A model generated the notes under the pieces. That model saw only the letters and a program-made list of their open reading frames with translations, did not search any database and had not been told where the DNA came from. A stretch of 63,646 nt of DNA, filler included, from Octopus bimaculoides (Eukaryota): NCBI RefSeq assembly GCF_001194135.2. It is 3 parts of 3 records of this genome, joined end to end, with 100 filler letters (N's around TTAATTAATTAA, not from the genome) between each part and the next. Parts side by side here need not be neighbours in the genome. Positions count along the whole stretch, not along the records: positions 18,670 to 39,193 come from NC_068987.1; positions 39,294 to 63,646 come from NC_068990.1; 1 more part is not named here. One strand, written 5' to 3'. Positions 38,064-52,889 of this stretch are shown here, one piece after another. The number at the start of each line of letters is the position of its first letter. Positions within the stretch are counted from its first letter, which is position 1. Both the position numbers and the translations under genes were made by a program.

Positions 38064-39384
38064 AATGTTTGTATGTATATATATAAATGTACATATCTCA
38101 GTGTGTGTGACAGTATGTAGGTTTATATTTGCATATGAATCTTCATATCTACACACACAGAGACACCCCCACACACACACGCATATATACGTGCATACAT
38201 ATGTATGTATGCATGCGTGTATATTTCTCGAGTACCGAAGGCAGAGTAAATACGCGTTTGTGAAACCTGAAGAATTTATACGAACTGTAACGCAGATTCA
38301 TATGATAATAATTCGTCAGACTGTTGTGATCTCTATCATCACAGCAGTCGGATGAACGTGAAAGGATACTCAGCATAATACTCTCTGATAATCACTGAAT
38401 ACTTTGGTTTATATATATATATATGTATTGATATATATATATATATATATATAATACCAATAATATATATATGCATATATACATACGTATTTGTACCAAC
38501 TTACATATATACGTATATTCATATGAATATGTAGGCGCAGGTTGTCATAGAATGTAAACAACAAAAAAATACGAAAGCATGGAATATGAAATACGAATAC
38601 ATAGAATAAGAACTTTTTTGCGAACAACGAAGGAGATAATTGGAAGACAAGACACGCAACACAAAGAAGGACCCTTCATCAGTTGTCGGCTGGGTTTTTT
38701 TTTTGTTTCTAATCCGTATTTCGAAAATTTCACGACAAAATACGCCTTCGACAAAGTAGTTGCTCCTGCAAGCGAATAAAATAACCTTTGGGATTTTGCG
38801 GACGGTCAAAATTGGTAACAGAAACAAGACAGTGAAACCAAACCTGATGGGCTGTGGGGTGGGGCTGAGTATGTGAGTAGGAGCGGGGGCTAGTTTGTGC
38901 CTGTGTGGCGTATGTAGATGTCCTTTGAAACTATATAATCTGGTTTGCGGACTAACCCAAGTACCTTGTAAACTCTTTGTTCGAAACGTGCATCCAGTGC
39001 GCCAAAGGTGTGTATTTTCGTCATAGTTTCGTTACCAAACATATTAATATATCAAGTCCCCTTTCTGTCCAATTCACACACACATACACAGTCATATTGG
39101 GTTTCTGTCCTACTCACGCACACTCACACACACACACACACACACATACACACACACTCATAGGCTTTATTCATATACATATATATATATATANNNNNNN
39201 NNNNNNNNNNNNNNNNNNNNNNNNNNNNNNNNNNNNNTTAATTAATTAANNNNNNNNNNNNNNNNNNNNNNNNNNNNNNNNNNNNNNNNNNNNATATTTA
39301 CCATTTTTTTTATTGTTTATTCCTTATGATTCAATTCTACAGCTAACCTCAACAAATCCACTATGTTATTACTATTATTATTAT

Positions 39385-39593
39385 TAGTAGTAACGCAAAG
39401 AAACAGCAGAATTATTGCAGCGGCCGTCTAAACGCTCAATGGTATTTCTTCCGGTTCTCTACACTCTGCCGTGGTCGACTTTGCCTTTCATCCTTTCGAA
39501 GTCGATAAATTTAGTATCAGTTAAATACTGGGGTTGATGTTATCGACTCATCCCCAACCCCAAAATGGCTGCCCTTGTGGCAACATTTGAAAC

Positions 39594-39651
<58 letters not shown>

Positions 39652-40245
39652 GTCACATTGATACAGTAGTCTGACAAAATTCTTAAAGCGTGTGTTATAA
39701 TTTATAGCGGTATCTCTTCCGACACCTAATATATTCTGAGTTTAAATTCTGCTGATATCGACTGTGTCTTTCATCAATTCGTGGTCGATGAAAGAAGTAC
39801 CTTTCAAGATGTGAAGTCGATGTAATAGATTACACGCTTCCTAAAATTTCAGGCCTTGTGCTTTTTTTTCTGAAAAATTGCTATGAGGACGATGGAATAA
39901 GTACCAGTCGAACACTGTGGTCAATGTAATCCACTATACCGCTCCTCCAATTTCCAGCATTATTCCAAATGTAGAAAATATTATTATTATTATTATTATT
40001 ATTATCATTATTGTTATGCTGAAATTCCGCCGAAATAAACTTCGAGGTTTAACATTTCGGGGTGAAAAAAATAGGTACTAGTTGATTACTAGACTCAATC
40101 TTACCGACTAGTCCCAGACCCCTCCAACATTTCAGGCCTTGTGCCTGTAGTAGAAATTATTATTATTATTATTATTATTACTATTATCATTATTATTATC
40201 ATTATTATTATTATTATTATTACTATTATCATTATTATCATTATA
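39385..40245 (+). mobile_element. Four head-to-tail SINE family 3 copies with (TTA)n tails
   Basis: Recurrent GTCGACTTTGCCTTTCATCC..GTCGATAAA..AGTACC..GGGGT.GATGTAATCGAC..GGCCTTGTG units starting at about 39385, 39690, 39885 and 40015. Confidence 0.7.
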
Positions 40246-40800
40246 TTTGCTTGTATTATTAAATTGGAAATGAAAATAACAGAGGCAACAACTTAGAGAG
40301 TAAAATTACTATATATAGACAGATCAGTTTCTGTAATTATCAAAGAAATTCTAGATATAAATGATGAAAAACACTGGCAAATATTTTGAATGTATAATAA
40401 TATGACGATTGTTGAAAGGATTTCAATACATATAATTGACAATACTTGAAGAAAATACGCCAAGAAAATATAAAAGGAAAAAAAAATATTTAACAGCGAT
40501 TAAAACATTTTAGTTGAAAGTTGACGAAAAACAAAACAAAGGAACGTGGAACGAAAAATAATTTTAAATTAAAAGGAGAGAAATTAGAGCTATTTTTTTC
40601 TCACATATCATTCAAGGATTCGAGTAGATTCACAAATAAAACGTCAATTACTGGTCGCCAGTAATATGAATGACAAAAAAGAAATTATGTTTCTTATGAC
40701 GTTTGAAAATAAGGAGCAAGTGAAGAATGATTACCAAAAAGATTTAATTCGTGGATTCCTAAACGTTTTATAATTATGACAGCCAGAGAGATATCAAAAC

Positions 40801-40862
<62 letters not shown>

Positions 40863-41050
40863 CTGTACATATATATGTATGTATGCATGTATGTAGGCAT
40901 GTATGTAGGCACGTAAGTGTATATTCGCATAAGCATACATGTATATTTGCATATATTTATACATTTGTGATATATATATATATATATATATATGTGTGTA
41001 TGTGTGTGTGTGTGTGACCGTTTGTGTGTATGTATGCATATGTGTGTCTG

Positions 41051-41084
<34 letters not shown>

Positions 41085-44000
41085 CTTGATATATGTGTGT
41101 TTGTTTATACGTCAATATATGTATGCTTGTAAGTATGCATAGATTTGTTTCTCTACATTATTTGCTGTTTTTGTGGGTTTTTTCTTTGATTTATTTATTG
41201 TTTTTGTCATGCGCCAAGACACTATCAGTTTTTTCACTCCTCTTTTCTATAGGAAAATTAATACTTAAAGCTGCAGCCTTTATTTATCATTGTTATCTGT
41301 TTTGGCATCGTAATGAACTATGTTTCATTGCCATATGAGAGAAAGTATTAGAAAAACGAATAATCGCTTATGTGGTTCAAGAAATGTTTCATGTCAATTT
41401 TATATGTAGATTTTGTGTTGAAATTAATATATTCTCATTCGGACGATAAAAGGCTTTGCAGTTTTATGAATTAAATCAATTGTTGTTTTATTGTAAAACA
41501 TTTAACGATTATAATCACTCGAAAATATCAATCAATTCATCTCTCATTCAAACACTCCAACAGTAAATAAATAGATGCAAGCTTGAATATATGTATATAT
41601 ACCTGAAAGTGTGTGTATAACCACGTATGTATTTCTATAAGTNNNNNNNNNNATATACGTATATATATGTATATATACATGTATATATGTGTATGTATAT
41701 ATATATGTATATGTATATGTACGTATATATATATACTCATATTCTCTTTAATTCTTCACTACTACTTGAAACACATAACGCAAGACATGTAGACATGTTA
41801 ATACCTATTATACCAACCAGATTCTGTGGGTTTCGTACTTATTAACATTTTGTATTCGCTAGTATATATTGGAAACTTGAAATAAAAATATGCTTTATTT
41901 TCCTCTCTATACGGCAATGGAACCCTGCTATATTATAACCGTACGCATAAAATTATACCTAAATTTATAACATAACCCGTAAAGTATATTATATGATATA
42001 AACCTGTAGCCGTAAGTCACAGTGCCAATATCTAGCTCAATCATACGTCTTCTGATTTGAAAAACGACAAAGAACAAGTATTCCACAATATATCTTGTTA
42101 TAAATATGTGATTTAAGATGACACTTAAAGTTTTCCTCATATTTTAAAATTAAAATTCAGTAAGTCTGTAAAAAAAAAAAAGAAAATCGATTATTTAGTT
42201 CTTCTTTTCCTCTCATCGCGAAATGCATTGCACTTCAGTGTCTTAGAGTCTTCTTCTTCAGCGTTAGGATATCTTATAATTTTAATTTGAATGCAATATA
42301 TTCATATTTATTCACATTTATACTTATTTGAAGCCCGATGGAACAGTAATTCATTACACTCTGGTAATTAAGTTTCGAAATTCGAAGAAATATAAGAAAT
42401 ATGAATCGCATTGTTTTCAGATCATTCCAGCTATTTTACGTTCATGTCTGTATTTAAAGCATGTACCTTTTCTTAGTACAACATATGCTGTCATAAATTT
42501 TATCTGAGGAAAATGTTACTAAATATAAAAAACTATATTAGTATCACAGATCCATAACTGAGTTGATTTGGTTGTCTCGATCATAACAGTTCCACCTAGA
42601 TGGATAGTGATGTTAAATTTAGCAAGCAATGAAATCACTCTCCCAATAATCTATGTTGTCTACACCCACTTAGCTTAGAGTAACAACACAAATATCTCTA
42701 TATCTTTCTATATACATATCTATCTATCTACCTATCTATCCGTGTATCAATATGAACATTCTACCTATCTATTTATGTATATACATATGGATGTCTAAAC
42801 TCGAGACAGATTACGCAATATTTTTGGAACAGAATTTCCGTAGCTGGTGAATCAATATGACACAACTTCAAATAATTTGCTTTATAGATACCTACACACA
42901 GGCACACACGCACATAAGTATATATNNNNNNNNNNNNNNNNNNNNNNNNNNNNNNNNNNNNNNNNNNNNNNNNNNNNNNNNNNNNNNNNNNNNNNNNNNN
43001 NNNNNNNNNNNNNNNNNNNNNNNNNNNNNNNNNNNNNNNNNNNNNNNNNNNNNNNNNNNNNNNNNNNNNNNNNNNNNNNNNNNNNNNNNNNNNNNNNNNN
43101 NNNNNNNNNNNNNNNNNNNNNNNNNNNNNNNNNNNNNNNNNNNNNNNNNNNNNNNNNNNNNNNNNNNNNNNNNNNNNNNNNNNNNNNNNNNNNNNNNNNN
43201 NNNNNNNNNNNNNNNNNNNNNNNNNNNNNNNNNNNNNNNNNNNNNNNNNNNNNNNNNNNNNNNNNNNNNNNNNNNNNNNNNNNNNNNNNNNNNNNNNNNN
43301 NTATATATATATATATGTATACATATACCCGTACATATATATGTACATACACACACAAACACACACTCGTACGCACACGTATACACACATATATATAATT
43401 GCTATATGTTTGTCCATGTGCGCATATTTGTGTCTGACAAATAGTCATCGATGATCTATCATTAAATGACGAAAATATATAAAAACAATGATGGCCGGTA
43501 GTCTTCTTCTAGGAGAAATTTAAGAAATTCATGAGGCGGGTAACACACGGTAAAGTAGGGATAGAGCTTTCTGATAATAGAAATAAATTTTTCAGTGAAA
43601 TAGTTTGCTGAGAGAGAAAAATATAACATTTAAGTTTGGATAATGGAGAAAAAGTATGAAATACGAAATAAGTTTATACATAAGAATATATTAATAACAT
43701 TAATGAGTATTCTTTCACAAGACTACGCAGGTGTTGCTCTATAAAAAAAAAAGTCTCACTTATAATTCATCAGAATTATGCTACTAATTACGGAGCGAAA
43801 GTACTACGATATTATTACCAATATATGCTTTACTTTCAATAGTCGTAGTTATGTTTTGTGATTGGAATGAACACGTACGTAAGAGGTCTTACTGAGAAAT
43901 TGTATGTTTCCATTACCAATATTTTTGGGCAGTAATTTTTCAGAGTAAGCAAGCATTACACAGTTGAAAGAAAGACATTGGGGTTAAAGTTTAATACTTG

Positions 44001-44532
44001 TACATAATAAGTATACTAATCTGTGAATGTATTCGCATACAGAATGCTTCAAAATTGTGTATACACATTTTATAAATAAATATTTTCAAATCGTTTAGTT
44101 AAACTATAAACGTATTTTATATTCATGTGTATAATGAAGTTCTAGATATGTATGAGTGTTGTATGCATGTATGTATGTTTAAAGCTTGTCTGGGAACTTG
44201 TATGTGCTTGCAATCATTGGGCTTATGTCGACGTTTTTGTATGTGAACTTATATATAAAATCAACTTAACAGCAAACTGAAATATTACTCAACACTTTTT
44301 CGTAGATACACATTTCCAAAATCTTAATCAGAAAAGTTTAACAGCGATTTCAAAGTTTCATCAGACTCGTTTTCGTCAGGGAGTCATAACCTTTGAAGTG
44401 ATTGTGAAGTGTTTCCTTACACAAACACACACAGACACACAGGCACAGACACAGACACACACAGTAAAAAAAATATATCTATATATGCGTATATGCATAT
44501 ATGTATATATGTCTACATAAACACAAATACGA

Positions 44533-44621
<89 letters not shown>

Positions 44622-44696
44622 GGCATATATACGTATATATTCTATAAACGTATACATTCATACACACACGCACACACACATACATACATATACATA

Positions 44697-44737
<41 letters not shown>

Positions 44738-45801
44738 GTATGTATATATGTATGTATTCAGTTGAAAATATCAAACCTGATAAGAAGATAAATACATAAC
44801 TACAAATGTAAATTCTACATAAACATGAAAACAAAAATATCGGCAAAATATTTGGAAATATTGTATCGGTGACTTTTAATATAATTTAGTTCACAAGGAA
44901 AATGTTAGCAACAATCAGAACCCACGGAAATAATCACTAATGCTTACTTAAATAGTTTATAGAATTACTTTTTACTTAAATCTAGCTCAAAATTCACATA
45001 CCAGAAGCTTCTCTCATCACATAAATAAATACATACATACATACATACATACATGTACATACACACACACACGTATATATATGTATATACAGATATAGAT
45101 AACAACAATAATAATATATATGTATATTTATATAAACATTACATATATATATAAACATATGCAAATACATAAATTTATATATATGCATATATATCTATGT
45201 ATATGTATACATATGCTTTTGCATGTGTATGTTTGTGCGTTTGGATGTGTATTGTGTAAATAAAGAAACAGAAGTGAAAACCTATACAAGTGATAAAGTA
45301 TATCAATTTTGAATTTCAAAATCTCCTCATTATTTGATTTTGAAAATTTTATTACTTTTCTTCGCCAGGATAAACATTTAAGCCATGGAAATTTCCTAAA
45401 CTTAAATATGCGAGTTGCATATTTTACAAGCGTTTCCTGGTGTTGAAAATTGTGAAGTTTCACTTTGATTTAGTACGTTGTAGCTGACCATGTTATCACT
45501 AAAGACCACCAAATTTAATGAAAATATTTATTTAGTCAATTTATAACTAAGCTCTACGTTTTCTTTCAAATATCTTTGGTGAATAGTAACTTTGATTTTG
45601 TGGTTCGATTTCCGCCTAGTTTAAATTTATAGGGAATTCTTATTACTTTACATGTCGAGGATTAATATTCAAAAATAAATTTATACTTTTTATCTTTAGC
45701 TGTATATACATATATACATATACAAACTTACAAAATGTGTAAATATATATACACATATATGTATGTATATATATGCATGCATAAGTATATATAAATGTGT
45801 G

Positions 45802-45833
<32 letters not shown>

Positions 45834-46648
45834 CCGTTCATTGAACATCACACACACGCACGCACACACACATATATACTAATGTATATATACACATATT
45901 ATATATACATTAGTATATATGTGTGTGCGTGCGTGTGTGTGATGTTCAATGAACGGTATCTTTTCTTTATAATTAATCAACAAATTGAACAAATTCATTT
46001 AGGGTTTCTTGTAGCATTTCTGGCATAATTTGTTCCGTGTCAATATCTTTGAATGGTTAAAAACCTGCTGAAAGAGATTCGTACGTATGAAAGCTAAAGA
46101 TAATAGGTGCATCAATTCCGTCTATGTTGCAGAACAACCATATCTCAGTTCTTTACTCAGAACCATATTTAAAAAAAAAAAATTCTCATTTTAGCTACCT
46201 TAATTTTACAAACTCTTCAAACGAGGGAATAATTGTTATGTCATGAAAAAGTAAGCGATGTCTCAAACTTCCCGGAGAATACTTTATCGTGGAAAAATAT
46301 AAAATATTAACATAATATCAAATGACATAATGTTTTTCTCAGATTTTGGCTTCGACCGGAAACTATAGACTTTCATGCCATAATATTTTCTTCCACTGTT
46401 TGTTCAATTTGCATTACATTTTTTGCTGACACAAATCATCGCGTGTTTCGTTGGATTCCTAATGTTAAAATACCATGTTAATTGTTTTTTTTTTTTAGTT
46501 TGGAGCTCTTGTTGAACATGCTTTACAACAATTTTATTAAAGGAGGGGTTGTTATTTAACCGAAGTTTGTTAAAATTCGTGTATATTGGCAAAAAAATTG
46601 TCTTTGTAAATGTTTTTTATTTTAATTTATTTTTCAATCAACATGGCA

Positions 46649-46708
<60 letters not shown>

Positions 46709-46724
46709 TTTATTAGTATTAACA

Positions 46725-46992
46725 AATGTGTTAAGCTTGTAGAATTAGTAGAACAGTCAGAGACAAAATGAAATGAACCGTTGTCTCCGGTTGTTCTACG
46801 TTCTGTTTTATATCCTACTGTGGTAAACTATGTCCCCTCATCCCCCTACAGTTGATAAAAAGAATCACCAGTTTGATTTTTTTTTTACTGAAGGTGAGAA
46901 AAGTCGACTGTATCCCGCCCCTACAAATATGTGGCCTTGTGCCAATGTAAGACATTATTATGATAATTATTATAATCATAACTATTATTATA

Positions 46993-47056
<64 letters not shown>
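46725..47056 (+). mobile_element. SINE family 3, diverged, between (TTA)n tracts
   Basis: TACGTTCTG..., GTCGACT..., GGCCTTGTGCC, followed by a long (TTA)n. Confidence 0.55.
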
Positions 47057-47059
<3 letters not shown>

Positions 47060-47473
47060 CTTATGTTTTATTTGTTTGTAAAATATAAAAATACGCAAAA
47101 AAAAGAAATTTGTTTTGATCATTAACTCAACCATTTTTTTAAATGTATTTATTGAATAAATTATTATAATTATAACAACAAAAGATTTAAGCAAAAACGA
47201 TAACAAAGTGATAACAAAACAACTACTTTTCTGACTTCATTTCTTTATCTTCTTTCCGTAACATCTGTATTGACCATTTCAGATACATTGAGTTATCAGC
47301 GTATTGCATGATCAAATGATAAGGACATTTCTGTGCAAGAAATTCACTAGGAGCATGTTATATATATATTAATGAGATAGAAGTGTATTAGGAATTTAGT
47401 GAGTGGGGGTGAGATGAGATTTATGGCCACCGACCTAGCTAATGGCCGGTCAGGATGTAAGTTGGAGACAATT

Positions 47474-47857
47474 GTTGTGGACACTCCGTTGCTTACGACG
47501 TCGAGGGTTCCAGTTGATCCGATGAACCGAACAGCCTGCTCGTGAAATTAACGTGCAAGTGGCTGAGCACTCCACAGACACGTGTACCCTTGACGTAGTT
47601 CTCGGAGATATTCAGCGTGACACAGTGTAACAAGGCTGCCTCTTAGAATTACAGGCACAACAGAAACAGGAAGCAAGAGTGAGAGAAAGTTGTGGTGAAA
47701 GAGTACAGCAGTGTTCGCCACCATCTCCTGCCGGAGCCTCGTGGAGCTTTAGGTGTTTTCGCTCAATAAACAGTCACAACGCCCGGTCTGGGAATCGAAA
47801 CCGCGATCCTATGACCGCGAGTCTGCTGCCCTAACCACTGGGCCATTGCGACTCCAC
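47474..47857 (-). mobile_element. SINE family 2, full length with TSD
   Basis: 12-bp TSD TTGGAGACAATT at 47462-47473 and 47858-47869; very similar to 27284-27668. Confidence 0.93.
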
Positions 47858-48030
47858 TTGGAGACAATTAAGTGGTTCGTTATCATCAACAAAAGATGAA
47901 GAGTAGGTAATAATATATGTATTTTTTAATGGGTTTTACTGTTTTTTGTTTTACCACTTGGGGTTAGAGAGATGAATAGCTAGAAGTGAAGTCAACTCAA
48001 AGGAATAAGAGGCAATTAATTACAGCTATC

Positions 48031-48320
48031 GTGGAGGCACATGAACTAGTGTTTAAAGCAGCCAACACGCAGTCGAAGGATCGCGGGTTCGAATCTCAGA
48101 CCAGGTGATGTGTGTGTTTATGAGCGGAACACCAAAGCTCCAAGCGGCTCCGGCAGAAAGTAATGGCCACAAGTTTTTCTCTCTCTTTACCCCTGCATCT
48201 TGCAGCTCACCTGCGACGGACCGGTGTCCCGTCCAGGTGGGGAACCTATACGCCAATAGAACCAGGAAACCGGTCCTTATGCATCAGGCATGGCTTCAGA
48301 AGGAACAAAACAACAACAAA
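48031..48320 (+). mobile_element. SINE with head A-like 5' end, V-domain-like middle and tail Y
   Basis: The head GTGGAGGCAC..GGTTCGAATC..ACACCAAAGCTCCAAGCGGCTCCGGCAG resembles family 2. Middle TGCGACGGACCGGTGTCCCGTCCAGG is V-SINE-like (from memory). Degenerate 12-bp TSD (10/12) at 48018-48029 and 48322-48333. Confidence 0.7.
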
Positions 48321-48710
48321 CAAGTACAGATATGAGTGAAGCTTACCCCTGTTAAAGATTAAGACTCGAAGTGAAGCGGGGAGAGACATCGAAGTAAAGC
48401 AGGAAATGGTGGTTATTAGAGAAGCGGAGGATTTTATTTTTAGATGATTAGGTCTAATAACTGTAGAATGTTAGTTTCATGTGCAAAAGGTTTACGGTAG
48501 GAGGTTAAGTAGTAATACAAATATAATTAGAAGCAGTGTGCACGAAAACATCGGGTAATATTATTAGTGTACTGCTCTTCATTTATATTATAGAGATGGA
48601 ATAACAGAAAATACGAATTATATATCTCCTAAAAACAGAAAGAAGTGAGAGAGTACTAGATCAGATATTGTTGTGAGCTACGGGGTTTATATATATATAT
48701 ATATGAAGTG

Positions 48711-48893
48711 ACTGCGGTATTTCGTCCATGGGAGGTCCTTTTAAAGCACCATTTAATTCAAAGCTAGATGAAACGAGCTACCATCACTTTCACCTAGATT
48801 TCTGTTCATTGTTTACCGCTCACTTTGAAGTATGCCGTGTTTTGTAATACCATACGTCTCTAAAGGTATCTCACTGAGACGAAATACCGCAGT
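48711..48893. mobile_element. Candidate MITE with 16-bp perfect TIR
   Basis: ACTGCGGTATTTCGTC at 48711-48726 and its reverse complement at 48878-48893, with weak further arm similarity. Confidence 0.5.
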
Positions 48894-50751
48894 TAAAAAC
48901 ATTTAACGAAACATATACAGTATGTGATAATAGTCATGTTTTCATTATTTAGCTTCACCTAATAAAAATGTTGAATATATACTCACTAATACACTGACTG
49001 ACTCACACACACATACACACGCGCATACATATATGTGTGTCTATGTATGTATGTATGTATGTATGTATGTATATATATATATATATATATATATAATACA
49101 AATAATAAATGAGTATATGCATATATACGTGAATGTATGTACATACCTACATCTACATGTATATATAGATGCATATCTGGGTACAGGACGTTGCGAAACA
49201 ACGTGGACGAAATGATAAACAGAGTACATCGGCTGCTGCCATTCTAAAACTAAGCGTTTCGAAGATTTAGGACAGAAATAAATAAATAAAAATATATATA
49301 TATATATATATATATATAAGGGCATTACTCACGTTATGAGGGACTCTAAGGTATTATTGTATAGTAATGCCCTTATATAAATATATATTTTGGGAATAAA
49401 TGATGGATTTTTTTCCCTTATGAGGTTTTTTTCACGCTAGCTACTTGATANNNNNNNNNNNNNNNNNNNNNNNNNNNNNNNNNNNNNNNNNNNNNNNNNN
49501 NNNNNNNNNNNNNNNNNNNNNNNNTATATATATATACATATGCATATATGTATACTTATGTGTGTGTAAGTATATATGCAAGAGTTCTGTCGATGTTTGA
49601 AAATTTTTTTCATGTTGTTATTGCCTTTTTGTCATTAAGATTTGGTACGAAACGATTTGTCTAAACTCTTTGGAAGCAAGAATAAACCCTTAGACGTCAT
49701 TGTTATTCCAATACAGGCTACTGTCCAGTTCTTCTAACATACATGCATTTATACACAATTATAATAATTTGTGTAGGTGTTTCCGTTCCAAATATATTTC
49801 TTTCCATCGAAGTATTTTTTTTTACTTGAATTGCAGAAAGTAAAATAAAATTTCGCTTTATCATTCAATTCCCAATCAAACCCATACTAAGCATCAGAGG
49901 CAGGTCACATTTAGAGAATAGCATTGTGTTTGTAATTGCTGTGTATCAGCTAAAACGAGGCACAGAAATAATCAGACATTCCCATAATGGATATCCCGAT
50001 GTTAGTTAATCTAAGCCTACATTGTAAAATATGTCACTGGTAGTTTTTAAAACTTTAGGATGCAGATCAATGAAAATATAGCTGCTACTCCTTGCGTATT
50101 TTTAATCATATCATTGGTTTATTTATCACATTTTAGTTTATGATATAGGTCAAGTTGTCAATACAAGATTGCACGTTACCATAAACTTTTTTGATAAGAA
50201 AACTAATAATATAGTCGCTGAGGAATTTATTACCGTTAAATTCAATATATAACTTGATAGTGCGTTTGAAACGCTAATGTTACCATTATCTTGCATCACA
50301 GAGAATATTATTCTATATTATGACTGGAAATCTAACTTATTCCATATGAAGTTATCAAACAAAAACTTCTCAAGGAAATTTTCAAACAAAATATTCTGAT
50401 TATCGTGTGGAAATATAAACTGCAAATGTTTGAAGAAAATAGTTCAGTATCACTTAGACTGAAGCTTCTGAATAAACCACTAGTATCCATCCAATATATT
50501 TGATATGAAAATTTAGACAACCACGTCTCAGTCAAACGACTTAATATAAATATTTTACTGATGCATTTGCACATGGTAAAACTAAATTCCTCATTTCTTT
50601 TCCTGCGTTATAATTTAAAATATATTCTTGAATGCTTTCTTTCATAATACATTGTGTATTTCAGATTCTAAGTATAAATATAAACCACATCATATGGTAA
50701 AGATTTTCTATCGTGAGTTGTAAAATAGAGACTAAACACGCAATAATTAAT

Positions 50752-50950
50752 CAAAGCAGAGGATGAGCCGCCAGAAATTTTAGCCCGTGAGATAAAATAC
50801 TTAGTAGCATTTACTCACGCTACGTATGTTCTGAGCTCTTCATCAAATTTTACCTTTCGTCTTTCAGGGTTAGTAAAATAAAATAGCAATCAAATCCTGG
50901 GTTCGATGTAATTCCTTTCATCCCCCCAACTTAAAATTACTCTCTTTAAA
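50752..50950 (+). mobile_element. SINE family 3, degenerate
   Basis: ATACTTAGTAGCATTT..ATGTTCTGAG..CCTTTCGTCTTTC..CTGGGTTCGATGTAAT. Confidence 0.5.
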
Positions 50951-52682
50951 CCTTGCAAAAGATCGGCATCCTGTTCAGCGGAAATGTTATTTCGATCACT
51001 TATACCGCACTGAAACCGGGTTATGACTTTATTAATCTTAAGGCCCGAGAGAAAATAGTTAAGATATGGCTTCTTATATAGATTAGTAGACGCACTAACT
51101 ATCTGTTTAAAAATGAAACTGTTTTCACTACCACTTTAAATCCCTTCTCTAGTAGGATTAGAACTAATACAACTTACGATTTGGGATTGCTCCTGCCTTC
51201 GTACTTATTAGGTCACCTAGGTGTTAAGCGTCTGGCCGTGGACACTATAAAATTCGACAAACTAAATGCGAGCCAGTGACTAATTGTACTATGCATCATT
51301 AACTCCACTCTATACAGTGTTACTACACAATTATAACGCTAAAATATCGGTCTACTTCATTTTCCTGTTAATACGTCCATAAATTTTAATGTCTTTAAGA
51401 AAATAATATTGCTGCATATTATATTCTGATAGCGTTCAAGTCATTAATTTACTCCAAACATAGTTAATGGTAGCGTTTCGCACACACGGGTTTGTTGCCA
51501 CGAGGAGACTTTAATGAAAAGTCGATGACAGTCTATTACTGCGGTAAAGTTATATAATGTCTTTAGATTATGTTGGGATCTGCTCTTTCGGTATTAGATT
51601 TATTATTGGTTTCTTAATAATTTTACACTAATATGTAATTTATTTTCTTCTCTTTAGAAATTAATCACCATATCTGAATACAAATTAATATTAAAAGTGA
51701 AACTAGTACTAACACAAAATAGACTTTGACTATTAAAGTCAACATAATCAAAAAGTATATCTCAAGGAATTTGAAACTATTCTTTTATCTTTTAAAGTAA
51801 ATAAAATTAAGTCGGAAAGAGGAATTGGTAAGAAATATGTTAGGAAAGATGAAAAACTTATTGATTTTAGAATATTTTTTCTACTTTTCTCATATTCATA
51901 GATAATGTCGCTATATTTTAGTGTCTAACTTAACAGATTAGAGTGTTATGAAGTATATGAATAAATACACAAATTGCAAAAAATTCAGACATTTTACCAA
52001 CATATGGAGAATGATAACAGCATCTCTTTTTTATATTTGAGGGAGAAATTCGACATTAAAATAATATTTTCATACGATTTTTTTTCGTTCATGAATAGTG
52101 ATGTTATTTATGCATTTAACGTCTATGTACAATGAAGACGGAATGGGGAGAGAGACATTGATAAGTGTAGTCAAAACGTTTGCTTTGCAAATCTGCGGTT
52201 TTGGGAGCGATTCCACCGCACAGCTTGTGACGCAAATGACTTTATAATGTCGTTGGTTTACCCGATATATTTTGTATGGAATTTGGTAGTCGATAATTAT
52301 TGAGAATCACGCGAGAGTTATGGTGTGGAACTATAAGCATAAGTTAAATGTTTCATAGCGATATATTGACCCTATACCGGGTGGTATGCTGGTCAAGTAA
52401 CTCCATATGGCCAATAAGGGGTCACTGTTCTGTGTTATATAGCAGGCATATTTCTTTCAGACCACATATTACAGATTTTTAAAAAAGGAGTGCCACAGTA
52501 CACATTGAAGTATTCAGGAGATACACGTGATGAAAGAATACAACACGATTGGAACGGCTTTTCTCGACATGAGATTAGCCGGACCTGAACAGATGATAAT
52601 CAATTTCTGACATTGTTATGAATTTAAATTAAAATACATATCTAAAGTGTTTTTCATTTACATATATTAGTTAAGGAGAATA

Positions 52683-52746
<64 letters not shown>

Positions 52747-52753
<7 letters not shown>

Positions 52754-52885
52754 CATCCCATAAATAATGTGGTTTTTTTTAATTGCGGCAACTAAAAGTC
52801 GGAGCGGGGCGGGATAAACTTAAACTACGTACATCAGCTTACTATAAGGCAAGTAGTAATTTTACTTTGACCTTATTCTTAGTAC
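52747..52885 (+). mobile_element. Probable left end of a mariner-type transposon inserted in (TA)n
   Basis: TA|TAGGGTCATCCCATAAATAATG starts abruptly after (TA)n and resembles mariner-type termini (recognition only). No matching right TIR found in the window. Confidence 0.4.
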
Positions 52886-52889
52886 AAGT

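Noticed and set aside
38312-38356. 45-nt hairpin
   Set aside because: Too short for a pre-miRNA and without supporting context.
38660-38740. CTGATGA on the minus strand in a repeat shared with about 25060-25150
   Set aside because: No helix II plus GAAA in a workable order or permutation.
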